Translations under genes and position numbers: made by a program | The notes under the pieces: generated by a model | The model's input: only the letters and a program-made list of their open reading frames with translations | Told to the model about the DNA's origin: nothing | Database searches by the model: none | Source of the DNA: the human T2T-CHM13v2.0 reference genome, Homo sapiens | Length of the DNA stretch: 64,000 nt | Strand: one strand, 5' to 3' | Assembly: GCF_009914755.1 (NCBI RefSeq) | Contig: NC_060948.1 | Part shown: piece after piece, positions 40,528 to 54,801 of the stretch | How positions within the stretch are numbered: the stretch's first letter is position 1 | How the letters are laid out: every line of letters begins with the position of its first letter

Positions 40528-43500
40528 GGCCTGGAATAAAGTGGAATGCTACGGTCTCGAATGGAATAAAAATGTATGGAATGGAATGCAATGAAACGGA
40601 ATCGAATGTCATAGAATGTAATGGAATGCAAAAAAATGGAATCCAAAATCATTGACTGGAAAGGCTGGGTGTCGAAAGGAATTGACTCCAATGGAATGGA
40701 ATCGAATGGAATGGAAGTGAATAGAATCGAACTAAATCGAATGGAATGGAATTGATAGGAACGGAATGGAAAGGAATGCAATGATTTGGCATGGAATGGA
40801 ATCGAATGGCATCGAATGGAATGGAATGGAATGCAATGGAATGGAATGTATTAGAATGTAATGAACTTTAATGGAATGTACTCGAATGGATTCGACTGGA
40901 ATGGAATGTTCTGGAAGTGAATGGACTCCAATGGAATGGATTCAAAAGGAATGGAATCGTACGGAATGGAATCTAATGGAATGGAATTAAATGGAAATGA
41001 ATCAAATTGAATAGCACGGAATTGAATTGAATGGAATGGAATGCAATGGAATCTAATGAAACGGAAAGGAAAGGAATGGAATGGAATGGAATGGGCTGGA
41101 ATGGAAAGGAATCGAAACGAATGGAATGGAATCGAACTGAAGAGACTGGAATGGAATGCACTGGAATGGAAGGGAGTGTAATGGAAGGTTGTCGAAAAAA
41201 ATGGAATCGAATGGAATGGAATTGAATGGAACGGAATAGAGTCGAATGGAATTGAATGGAATGGAATGGACTAGAGTGAAATGGAATCGAACCACAAGGA
41301 ATGGACAGGAATAGAATGGTCTCGAATTGAATGGAATCGTATGGAATGGCATCAAACGGAATGGAATGGACAGCCACGGAATGGAATGCACTCGAATGCA
41401 ATGGAGTCGAAACAAATGGACTGGAATAGAATGGACTCGACTGGTACGGACTCCAATGGAATGGAATCGAATGGAAGGGAATCGAACGGAAGGGAATCGA
41501 ACGGAATGGACTCGAAGGGAAAAGACTGCAATGGAAAGGTCTCGAATGGAATGGAAATTAATGGAATGGAATGGAATCGAATGAAATGGAGTCAAAAGGA
41601 ATGGAATCGAATGGCAAGAAATCGAATGTAATGGAATCGCCAGGAATTGATGTGAACGGAACGGAATGGAATGGAATCCAAAGGAATGGAATAGAATGGA
41701 ATGGAATCGAATGGAAAGGACTCGAATGGAAATCACTCGAATAGAATGCAATTTAATAAAATAGGATCAAATGTAATGGAATGGAATGGAAAGGAATCGA
41801 AACGAAAGGAATGGAGACAGATGGAATGGAATGGAACAGAGAGCAATGGTATAGAATGGAATGGAATCATCTGGAATGGAATTGAATGGAATGGAATAAT
41901 ATGAAATGGAATGGAATGGAATGGAATGGAATGCCCTTGAATTAAATGGACTGGAATGGAATGGACTCAAACAGAGTGGAATGGAAAGTGTGGAGATAGA
42001 ATGGAATGAACTCCTTTGGAATGGTGTAGTATGCAATGCAATCGACTGGCAGGGAATCAAAAGGAATGTAATCGAATGGATTGGACTGGAATGCAATGGA
42101 CTCGAATAGATTGGAAACGGAATGCAAAGGAATGGAATGGAATAGTATGGAATGCAATGGAAGGGAATGGAGTGGAATAGACTAGAGTGGAATGGAATGG
42201 ACTGGAAAGCAATGGACTGAAATGGAACTTTCTTGGATGGACTGGAATCAAACGGAATGGAATGCAATGCAATCAAATGGCATGGAATAAAATAGAATGA
42301 AAGAGAATCAAATGGAATTGAATCGAATGGAATCGAATGGATTGGAAATGAATAGAATGGAATGGAATGGAATTGACTCAAATGGAATGGACTAGAATGG
42401 AATGGATTCGAATGGAAGGCAAAGGAATGGAATCTATTGGAATGGACTGTAATGGAATGGAATGGAAGGGATTGGAATGGACTCGAATGGAATGGACTGC
42501 AATAGAAAGGATTCGAATGGAATGAAAAAGAATTGAATGGAATAGAACAGAATGGAATCAAATCGAATGAAATGGAATGGAATAGAAAGGAATGGAATGA
42601 AATGGAATGGAAAGGATTCGAATGGAATGCAATCGAATGGAATGGAATCGAACGGAATGGAATAAAATGGAAGAAAACTGGCAAGAAATGGAATCGAAAT
42701 GAATGGAGTGTTATGGAACGGACTCAAAAGGAATTGAATATAATAGAATGGAGTGGAGTGGACTCGAATATAATGGACTGGAATGGAATGAAATCACATG
42801 GAATGGGAACGAATGGAATGGAATGGAAAGGAATGGAATCGAATGGAAAGGAATCGAATGGAAGGGAATGAAATTGAATCAACACGAATGGAAGGGAATA
42901 GAATAGACTGTAATGGAATGGACTCGAATAGAATGGACACGAATGCTCAAATTAAATGGACTCGAATGGAATGGAAACGAAAGGAATGTCATCGAATGGA
43001 ATTGAATCGATTGGAATGACATCGCATAGAATGGAGTGGAATCAAATGGAATTGAATCGAAAGGAAAGGAAGCGAATGGACTGAAATGAAATGGAATGGA
43101 ATTGAATGGAAAGTAATGCAATGGAATAGAATGGAACGAAATTTCACGGAATGGAATCAAACTGAATGGAATCAAATCAATGGAATCAAATCAAATGGAA
43201 TGGAAAGGAATTGAATGGAGTAGATGGGATTGGATGGGATTGGAATGAAATGTACTGGAAAGGACTCGAATTTCATGAAACGGAATGGAATGAATTGGAA
43301 CGGAATGGACTCGAATGGAATGGAATGTCATGGGATGGCATCAAATGTAATGGCATCAAATGGAATGGAATCGAATGCAGTGGAATGCTATGGAATGGAA
43401 TGGAATGCATTGGAATGGAATGTCCTCTAATGGAATGGATTCGAGTGGAATGGAATTGAATATAATGGAGTCGAATGAAATGGAATTGAAAGGAATGGGA

Positions 43501-44091
43501 TCGAATACAATGGAATATACTGGAATGTAACGTAATGAACTCGAATGTAATTGACTGGAATGGAATGTACATGAATGGAATGTAATCGAATGGAAAGTAA
43601 TCCAATGGAATAGAATCTAATGCAATAAAATCGACTCAGATAGAGTAGAATGTAATGGAATGGAGTGCAGTGCAATGGAATGGAATGGAATGGAATGCAA
43701 TGGAATGGAATGGAATGGAATGGAATGGAATGGAATGGAATGGGATGGAATGGTATGGAATGGATAGTAATAGACTGGAGTGAAATGGACTGGAAAGGAA
43801 TGGACTCAAATTGAAAGGGCTCGAAAGGAATGGAGTCAAATGGAATGGTCTGGAATGGAATGAACACGAATGTAATGCAACCCAATAGAATGGAATCGAA
43901 TGGCATGGAATATAAAGAAATGGAATCGAAGAGAATGGAAACAAATGGAATGGAATTGAATGGAATGGGAACGAATGGAGTGAAATTGTATGCAGTAGAA
44001 GTGAATAGAATGGAATGCAAGCGAAAGGAAAGGAATGGATTGGAATGGAATGGAATTCATTGGAATGGAAGGGAATGTAGTGTAATGGACA
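40528..44091 (+). repeat. DYZ1 unit, 3564 bp
   Basis: GGCC to GGCC spacing; 15-bp deletion near 43955. Confidence 0.9.
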
Positions 44092-47000
44092 GGCCTGGAA
44101 TAAAGTGGAATGCTACGGTCTCGAATGGAATAAAAATGTATGGAATGGAATGCAATGAAACGGAATCGAATGTCATAGAATGTAATGGAATGCAAAAAAA
44201 TGGAATCCAAAATCATTGACTGGAAAGGCTGGGTGTCGAAAGGAATTGACTCCAATGGAATGGAATCGAATGGAATGGAAGTGAATAGAATCGAACTAAA
44301 TCGAATGGAATGGAATTGATAGGAACGGAATGGAAAGGAATGCAATGATTTGGCATGGAATGGAATCGAATGGCATCGAATGGAATGGAATGGAATGCAA
44401 TGGAATGGAATGTATTAGAATGGAATGAACTTTAATGGAATGTACTCGAATGGATTCGACTGGAATGGAATGTTCTGGAAGTGAATGGACTCCAATGGAA
44501 TGGATTCAAAAGGAATGGAATCGTACGGAATGGAATCTAATGGAATGGAATTAAATGGAAATGAATCAAATTGAATAGCACGGAATTGAATTGAATGGAA
44601 TGGAATGCAATGGAATCTAATGAAACGGAAAGGAAAGGAATGGAATGGAATGGAATGGGCTGGAATGGAAAGGAATCGAAACGAATGGAATGGAATCGAA
44701 CTGAAGAGACTGGAATGGAATGCACTGGAATGGAAGGGAGTGTAATGGAAGGTTCTCGAAAAAAATGGAATCGAATGGAATGGAATTGAATGGAACGGAA
44801 TAGAGTCGAATGGAATTGAATGGAATGGAATGGACTAGAGTGAAATGGAATCGAACCACAAGGAATGGACAGGAATAGAATGGTCTCGAATTGAATGGAA
44901 TCGTATGGAATGGCATCAAACGGAATGGAATGGACAGCCACGGAATGGAATGCACTCGAATGCAATGGAGTCGAAACAAATGGACTGGAATAGAATGGAC
45001 TCGACTGGTACGGACTCCAATGGAATGGAATCGAATGGAAGGGAATCGAACGGAAGGGAATCGAACGGAATGGACTCGAAGGGAAAAGACTGCAATGGAA
45101 AGGTCTCGAATGGAATGGAAATTAATGGAATGGAATGGAATCGAATGAAACGGAGTCAAAAGGAATGGAATCGAATGGCAAGAAATCGAATGTAATGGAA
45201 TCGCCAGGAATTGATGTGAACGGAACGGAATGGAATGGAATCCAAAGGAATGGAATAGAATGGAATGGAATCGAATGGAAAGGACTCGAATGGAAATCAC
45301 TCGAATAGAATGCAATTTAATAAAATAGGATCAAATGTAATGGAATGGAATGGAAAGGAATCGAAACGAAAGGAATGGAGACAGATGGAATGGAATGGAA
45401 CAGAGAGCAATGGTATAGAATGGAATGGAATCATCTGGAATGGAATTGAATGGAATGGAATAATATGAAATGGAATGGAATGGAATGGAATGGAATGCCC
45501 TTGAATTAAATGGACTGGAATGGAATGGACTCAAACAGAGTGGAATGGAAAGTGTGGAGATAGAATGGAATGAACTCCTTTGGAATGGTGTAGTATGCAA
45601 TGCAATCGACTGGCAGGGAATCAAAAGGAATGTAATCGAATGGATTGGACTGGAATGCAATGGACTCGAATAGATTGGAAACGGAATGCAAAGGAATGGA
45701 ATGGAATAGTATGGAATGCAATGGAAGGGAATGGAGTGGAATAGACTAGAGTGGAATGGAATGGACTGGAAAGCAATGGACTGGAATGGAACTTTCTTGG
45801 ATGGACTGGAACCAAACGGAATGGAATGCAATGCAATCAAATGGCATGGAATAAAATAGAATGAAAGAGAATCAAATGGAATTGAATCGAATGGAATCGA
45901 ATGGATTGGAAAGGAATAGAATGGAATGGAATGGAATTGAGTCAAATGGAATGGACTAGAATGGAATGGATTCGAATGGAAGGCAAAGGAATGGAATCTA
46001 TTGGAATGGACTGTAATGGAATGGAATGGAAGGGATTGGAATGGACTCGAATGGAATGGACTGCAATAGAAAGGATTCGAATGGAATGAAAAAGAATTGA
46101 ATGGAATAGAACAGAATGGAATCAAATCGAATGAAATGGAATGGAATAGAAAGGAATGGAATGAAATGGAATGGAAAGGATTCGAATGGAATGCAATCGA
46201 ATGGAATGGAATCGAACGGAATGGAATAAAATGGAAGAAAACTGGCAAGAAATGGAATCGAAATGAATGGAGTGTTATGGAACGGACTCAAAAGGAATTG
46301 AATGTAATAGAATGGAGTGGAGTGGACTCGAATATAATGGACTGGAATGGAATGAAATCACATGGAATGGGAACGAATGGAATGGAATGGAAAGGAATGG
46401 AATCGAATGGAAAGGAATCGAATGGAAGGGAATGAAATTGAATCAACAGGAATGGAAGGGAATAGAATAGACTGTAATGGAATGGACTCGAATAGAATGG
46501 ACACGAATGCTCAAATTAAATGGACTCGAATGGAATGGAAACGAAAGGAATGTCATCGAATGGAATTGAATCGATTGGAATGAAATCGCATAGAATGGAG
46601 TGGAATCAAATGGAATTGAATCGAAAGGAAAGGAAGCGAATGGACTGAAATGAAATGGAATGGAATTGAATGGAAAGTAATGCAATGGAATAGAATGGAA
46701 CGAAATTTCACGGAATGGAATCAAACTGAATGGAATCAAATCAATGGAATCAAATCAAATGGAATGGAAAGGAATTGAATGGAGTAGATAGGATTGGATG
46801 GGATTGGAATGAAATGTACTGGAAAGGACTCGAATTTCATGAAACGGAATGGAATGAATTGGAACGGAATGGACTCGAATGGAATGGAATGTCATGGGAT
46901 TGCATCAAATGGAATGGCATCAAATGGAATGGAATCGAATGCAATGGAATGCTATGGAATGGAATGGAATGCATTGGAATGGAATGTCCTCTAATGGAAT

Positions 47001-47675
47001 GGATTCGAGTGGAATGGAATTGAATATAATGGAGTCGAATGAAATGGAATTGAAAGGAATGGGATCGAATACAATGGAATATACTGGAATGTAACGTAAT
47101 GAACTCGAATGTAATTGACTGGAATGGAATGTACATGAATGGAATGTAATCGAATGGAAAGTAATCCAATGGAATAGAATCTAATGCAATAAAATCGACT
47201 CAGATAGAGTAGAATGTAATGGAATGGAGTGCAGTGCAATGGAATGGAATGGAATGGAATGCAATGGAATGGAATGGAATGGAATGCAATGGAATGGAAT
47301 GTAATGGAATGGGATGGAATGGTATGGAATGGATAGTAATGGACTGGAGTGAAATGGACTGGAAAGGAATGGACTCAAATTGAAAGGGCTCGAAAGGAAT
47401 GGAGTCAAATGGAATGGTCTGGAATGGAATGAACACGAATGTAATGCAACCCAATAGAATGGAATCGAATGGCATGGAATATAAAGAAATGGAATCGAAG
47501 AGAATGGAAACAAATGGAATGGAATTGAATGGAATGGAATTGAATGGAATGGGAACGAATGGAGTGAAATTGTATGCAGTAGAAGAGAATAGAATGGAAT
47601 GCAAGCGAAAGGAAAGGAATGGATTGGAATGGAATGGAATTCATTGGAATGGAAGGGAATGTAGTGTAATGGACA
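44092..47675 (+). repeat. DYZ1 unit, 3584 bp
   Basis: GGCC to GGCC spacing; pure tract interrupted at 47286 and 47301. Confidence 0.9.
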
Positions 47676-50600
47676 GGCCTGGAATAAAGTGGAATGCTAC
47701 GGTCTCGAATGGAATAAAAATGTATGGAATGGAATGCAATGAAACGGAATCGAATGTCATAGAATGTAATGGAATGCAAAAAAATGGAATCCAAAATCAT
47801 TGACTGGAAAGGCTGGGTGTCGAAAGGAATTGACTCCAATGGAATGGAATCGAATGGAATGGAAGTGAATAGAATCGAACTAAATCGAATGGAATGGAAT
47901 TGATAGGAACGGAATGGAAAGGAATGCAATGATTTGGCATGGAATGGAATCGAATGGCATCGAATGGAATGGAATGGAATGCAATGGAATGGAATGTATT
48001 AGAATGTAATGAACTTTAATGGAATGTACTCGAATGGATTCGACTGGAATGGAATGTTCTGGAAGTGAATGGACTCCAATGGAATGGATTCAAAAGGAAT
48101 GGAATCGTACGGAATGGAATCTAATGGAATGGAATTAAATGGAAATGAATCAAATTGAATAGCACGGAATTGAATTGAATGGAATGGAATGCAATGGAAT
48201 CTAATGAAACGGAAAGGAAAGGAATGGAATGGAATGGAATGGGCTGGAATGGAAAGGAATTGAAACGAATGGAATGGAATCGAACTGAAGAGACTGGAAT
48301 GGAATGCACTGGAATGGAAGGGAGTGTAATGGAAGGTTCTCGAAAAAAATGGAATCGAATGGAATGGAATTGAATGGAACGGAATAGAGTCGAATGGAAT
48401 TGAATGGAATGGAATGGACTAGAGTGAAATGGAATCGAACCACAAGGAATGGACAGGAATAGAATGGTCTCGAATTGAATGGAATCGTATGGAATGGCAT
48501 CAAACGGAATGGAATGGACAGCCACGGAATGGAATGCACTCGAATGCAATGAAGTCGAAACTAACGGACTGGAATAGAATGGACTCGACTGGTACGGACT
48601 CCAATGGAATGGAATCGAATGGAAGGGAATCGAACGGAAGGGAATCGAACGGAATGGACTCGAAGGGAAAAGACTGCAATGGAAAGGTCTCGAATGGAAT
48701 GGAAATTAATGGAATGGAATGGAATCGAATGAAATGGAGTCAAAAGGAATGGAATCGAATGGCAAGAAATCGAATGTAATGGAATCGCAAGGAATTGATG
48801 TGAACGGAACGGAATGGAATGGAATCCAAAGGAATGGAATAGAATGGAATGGAATCGAATGGAAAGGACTCGAATGGAAATCACTCGAATAGAATGCAAT
48901 TTAATAAAATAGGATCAAATGTAATGGAATGGAATGGAAAGGAATCGAAACGAAAGGAATGGAGACAGATGGAATGGAATGGAACAGAGAGCAATGGTAT
49001 AGAATGGAATGGAATCATCTGGAATGGAATTGAATGGAATGGAATAATATGAAATGGAATGGAATGGAATGGAATGGAATGCCCTTGAATTAAATGGACT
49101 GGAATGGAATGGACTCAAACAGAGTGGAATGGAAAGTGTGGAGGTAGAATGGAATGAACTCCTTTGGAATGGACTAGTAGGCAATGCAATCGACTGGCAG
49201 GGAATCAAAAGGAATGTAATCGAATGGATTGGACTGGAATGCAATGGACTCGAATAGATTGGAAACGGAATGCAAAGAATGGAATGGAATAGTATGGAAT
49301 GGAATGGAAAGGAATGGAGTGGAATAGACTAGAGTGGAATGGAATGGACTGGAAAGCAATGGACTGGAATGGAACTTTCTTGAATGGACTGGAATCAAAC
49401 GGAATGGAATGCAATGCAATCAAATGGCATGGAATAAAATAGAATGAAAGAGAATCAAATGGAATTGAATCGAATGGAATCGAATGGATTGGAAATGAAT
49501 AGAATGGAATGGAATGGAATTGACTCAAATGGAATGGACTAGAATGGAATGGATTCGAATGGAAGGCAAAGGAATGGAATCTATTGGAATGGACTGTAAT
49601 GGAATGGAATGGAAGGGATTGGAATGGACTCGAATGGAATGGACTGCAATAGAAAGGATTCGAATGGAATGAAAAAGAATTGAATGGAATAGAACAGAAT
49701 GGAATCAAATCGAATGAAATGGAATGGAATAGAAAGGAATGGAATGAAATGGAATGGAAAGGATTCGAATGGAATGCAATCGAATGGAATGGAATCGAAC
49801 GGAATGGAATAAAATGGAAGAAAACTGGCAAGAAATGGAATCGAAATGAATGGAGTGTTATGGAACGGACTCAAAAGGAATTGAATGTAATAGAATGGAG
49901 TGGAGTGGACTCGAATATAATGGACTGGAATGGAATGAAATCACATGGAATGGGAACGAATGGAATGGAATGGAAAGGAATGGAATCGAATGGAAAGGAA
50001 TCGAATGGAAGGGAATGAAATTGAATCAACAGGAATGGAAGGGAATAGAATAGACGGTAATGGAATGGACTCGAATAGAATGGACACGAATGCTCAAATT
50101 AAATGGACTCGAATGGAATGGAAACGAAAGGAATGTCATCGAATGGAATTGAATCGATTGGAATGAAATCGCATAGAATGGAGTGGAATCAAATGGAATT
50201 GAATCGAAAGGAAAGGAAGCGAATGGACTGAAATGAAATGGAATGGAATTGAATGGAAAGTAATGCAATGGAATAGAATGGAACGAAATTTCACGGAATG
50301 GAATCAAACTGAATGGAATCAAATCAATGGAATCAAATCAAATGGAATGGAAAGGAATTGAATGGAGTAGATGGGATTGGATGGGATTGGAATGAAATGT
50401 ACTGGAAAGGACTCGAATTTCATGAAACGGAATGGAATGAATTGGAACGGAATGGACTCGAATGGAATGGAATGTCATGGGATGGCATCAAACGGAATGG
50501 CATCAAATGGAATGGAATCGAATGCAATGGAATGCTATGGAATGGAATGGAATGCATTGGAATGGAATGTCCTCTAATGGAATGGATTCGAGTGGAATGG

Positions 50601-51218
50601 AATTGAATATAATGGAGTCGAATGAAATGGAATTGAAAGGAATGGGATCGAATACAATGGAATATACTGGAATGTAACGTAATGAACTCGAATGTAATTG
50701 ACTGGAATGGAATGTACATGAATGGAATGTAATCGAATGGAAAGTAATCCAATGGAATAGAATCTAATGCAATAAAATCGACTCAGATAGAGTAGAATGT
50801 AATGGAATGGAGTGCAGTGCAATGGAATGGAATGGAATGGAATGCAATGGAATGGAATGGAATGGAATGGGATGGAATGGTATGGAATGGGTAGTAATGG
50901 ACTGGAGTGAAATGGACTGGAAAGGAATGGACTCAAATTGAAAGGGCACGAAAGGAATGGAGTCAAATGGAATGGTCTGGAATGGAATGAACACGAATGT
51001 AATGCAACCCAATAGAATGGAATCGAATGGCATGGAATATAAAGAAATGGAATCGAAGAGAATGGAAACAAATGGAATGGAATTGAATGGAATGGGAACG
51101 AATGGAGTGAAATTGTATGCAGTAGAAGTGAATAGAATGGAATGCAAGCGAAAGGAAAGGAATGGATTGGAATGGAATGGAATTCATTGGAATGGAAGGG
51201 AATGTAGTGTAATGGACA
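47676..51218 (+). repeat. DYZ1 unit, 3543 bp
   Basis: GGCC spacing; 1-bp deletion ~49277, 15-bp deletion ~51085, short pure tract. Confidence 0.9.
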
Positions 51219-54200
51219 GGCCTGGAATAAAGTGGAATGCTACGGTCTCGAATGGAATAAAAATGTATGGAATGGAATGCAATGAAACGGAATCGAATGT
51301 CATAGAATGTAATGGAATGCAAAAAAATGGAATCCAAAATCATTGACTGGAAAGGCTGGGTGTCGAAAGGAATTGACTCCAATGGAATGGAATCGAATGG
51401 AATGGAAGTGAATAGAATCGAACTAAATCGAATGGAATGGAATTGATAGGAACGGAATGGAAAGGAATGCAATGATTTGGCATGGAATGGAATCGAATGG
51501 CATCGAATGGAATGGAATGGAATGCAATGGAATGGAATGTATTAGAATGGAATGAACTTTAATGGAATGTACTCGAATGGATTCGACTGGAATGGAATGT
51601 TCTGGAAGTGAATGGACTCCAATGGAATGGATTCAAAAGGAATGGAATCGTACGGAATGGAATCTAATGGAATGGAATTAAATGGAAATGAATCAAATTG
51701 AATAGCACGGAATTGAATTGAATGGAATGGAATGCAATGGAATCTAATGAAACGGAAAGGAAAGGAATGGAATGGAATGGAATGGGCTGGAATGGAAAGG
51801 AATCGAAACGAATGGAATGGAATCGAACTGAAGAGACTGGAATGGAATGCACTGGAATGGAAGGGAGTGTAATGGAAGGTTCTCGAAAAAAATGGAATCG
51901 AATGGAATGGAATTGAATGGAACGGAATAGAGTCGAATGGAATTGAATGGAATGGAATGGACTAGAGTGAAATGGAATCGAACCACAAGGAATGGACAGG
52001 AATAGAATGGTCTCGAATTGAATGGAATCGTATGGAATGGCATCAAACGGAATGGAATGGACAGCCACGGAATGGAATGCACTCGAATGCAATGAAGTCG
52101 AAACTAACGGACTGGAATAGAATGGACTCGACTGGTACGGACTCCAATGGAATGGAATCGAATGGAAGGGAATCGAACGGAAGGGAATCGAACGGAATGG
52201 ACTCGAAGGGAAAAGACTGCAATGGAAAGGTCTCGAATGGAATGGAAATTAATGGAATGGAATGGAATCGAATGAAATGGAGTCAAAAGGAATGGAATCG
52301 AATGGCAAGAAATCGAATGTAATGGAATCGCAAGGAATTGATGTGAACGGAACGGAATGGAATGGAATCCAAAGGAATGGAATAGAATGGAATGGAATCG
52401 AATGGAAAGGACTCGAATGGAAATCACTCGAATAGAATGCAATTTAATAAAATAGGATCAAATGTAATGGAATGGAATGGAAAGGAATCGAAACGAAAGG
52501 AATGGAGACAGATGGAATGGAATGGAACAGAGAGCAATGGTATAGAATGGAATGGAATCATCTGGAATGGAATTGAATGGAATGGAATAATATGAAATGG
52601 AATGGAATGGAATGGAATGGAATGGAATGGAATGCCCTTGAATTAAATGGACTGGAATGGAATGGACTCAAACAGAGTGGAATGGAAAGTGTGGAGGTAG
52701 AATGGAATGAACTCCTTTGGAATGGACTAGTAGGCAATGCAATCGACTGGCAGGGAATCAAAAGGAATGTAATGGAATGGATTGGACTGGAATGCAATGG
52801 ACTCGAATAGATTGGAAACGGAATGCAAAGAATGGAATGGAATAGTATGGAATGGAATGGAAAGGAATGGAGTGGAATAGACTAGAGTGGAATGGAATGG
52901 ACTGGAAAGCAATGGACTGGAATGGAACTTTCTTGAATGGACTGGAATCAAACGGAATGGAATGCAATGCAATCAAATGGCATGGAATAAAATAGAATGA
53001 AAGAGAATCAAATGGAATTGAATCGAATGGAATCGAATGGATTGGAAAGGAATAGAATGGAATGGAATGGAATTGACTCAAATGGAATGGACTAGAATGG
53101 AATGGATTCGAATGGAAGGCAAAGGAATGGAATCTATTGGAATGGACTGTAATGGAATGGAATGGAAGGGATTGGAATGGACTCGAATGGAATGGACTGC
53201 AATAGAAAGGATTCGAATGGAATGAAAAAGAATTGAATGGAATAGAACAGAATGGAATCAAATCGAATGAAATGGAATGGAATAGAAAGGAATGGAATGA
53301 AATGGAATGGAAAGGATTCGAATGGAATGCAATCGAATGGAATGGAATCGAACGGAATGGAATAAAATGGAAGAAAACTGGCAAGAAATGGAATCGAAAT
53401 GAATGGAGTGTTATGGAACGGACTCAAAAGGAATTGAATGTAATAGAATGGAGTGGAGTGGACTCGAATATAATGGACTGGAATGGAATGAAATCACATG
53501 GAATGGGAACGAATGGAATGGAATGGAAAGGAATGGAATCGAATGGAAAGGAATCGAATGGAAGGGAATGAAATTGAATCAACAGGAATGGAAGGGAATA
53601 GAATAGACGGTAATGGAATGGACTCGAATAGAATGGACACGAATGCTCAAATTAAATGGACTCGAATGGAATGGAAACGAAAGGAATGTCATCGAATGGA
53701 ATTGAATCGATTGGAATGAAATCGCATAGAATGGAGTGGAATCAAATGGAATTGAATCGAAAGGAAAGGAAGCGAATGGACTGAAATGAAATGGAATGGA
53801 ATTGAATGGAAAGTAATGCAATGGAATAGAATGGAACGAAATTTCACGGAATGGAATCAAACTGAATGGAATCAAATCAATGGAATCAAATCAAATGGAA
53901 TGGAAAGGAATTGAATGGAGTAGATGGGATTGGATGGGATTGGAATGAAATGTACTGGAAAGGACTCGAATTTCATGAAACGGAATGGAATGAATTGGAA
54001 AGGAATGGACTCGAATGGAATGGAATGTCATGGGATGGCATCAAATGGAATGGCATCAAATGGAATGGAATCGAATGCAATGGAATGCTATGGAATGGAA
54101 TGGAATGCATTGGAATGGAATGTCCTCTAATGGAATGGATTCGAGTGGAATGGAATTGAATATAATGGAGTCGAATGAAATGGAATTGAAAGGAATGGGA

Positions 54201-54801
54201 TCGAATACAATGGAATATACTGGAATGTAACGTAATGAACTCGAATGTAATTGACTGGAATGGAATGTACATGAATGGAATGTAATCGAATGGAAAGTAA
54301 TCCAATGGAATAGAATCTAATGCAATAAAATCGACTCAGATAGAGTAGAATGTAATGGAATGGAGTGCAGTGCAATGGAATGGAATGGAATGGAATGCAA
54401 TGGAATGGAATGGAATGGAATGGAATGGAATGGAATGGGATGGAATGGTATGGAATGGATAGTAATGGACTGGAGTGAAATGGACTGGAAAGGAATGGAC
54501 TCAAATTGAAAGGGCTCGAAAGGAATGGAGTCAAATGGAATGGTCTGGAATGGAATGAACACGAATGTAATGCAACCCAATAGAATGGAATCGAATGGCA
54601 TGGAATATAAAGAAATGGAATCGAAGAGAATGGAAACAAATGGAATGGAATTGAATGGAATGGAATTGAATGGAATGGGAACGAATGGAGTGAAATTGTA
54701 TGCAGTAGAAGAGAATAGAATGGAATGCAAGCGAAAGGAAAGGAATGGATTGGAATGGAATGGAATTCATTGGAATGGAAGGGAATGTAGTGTAATGGAC
54801 A
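51219..54801 (+). repeat. DYZ1 unit, 3583 bp
   Basis: GGCC spacing; +10 bp near 52600-52630, 1-bp deletion ~52830. Confidence 0.9.
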
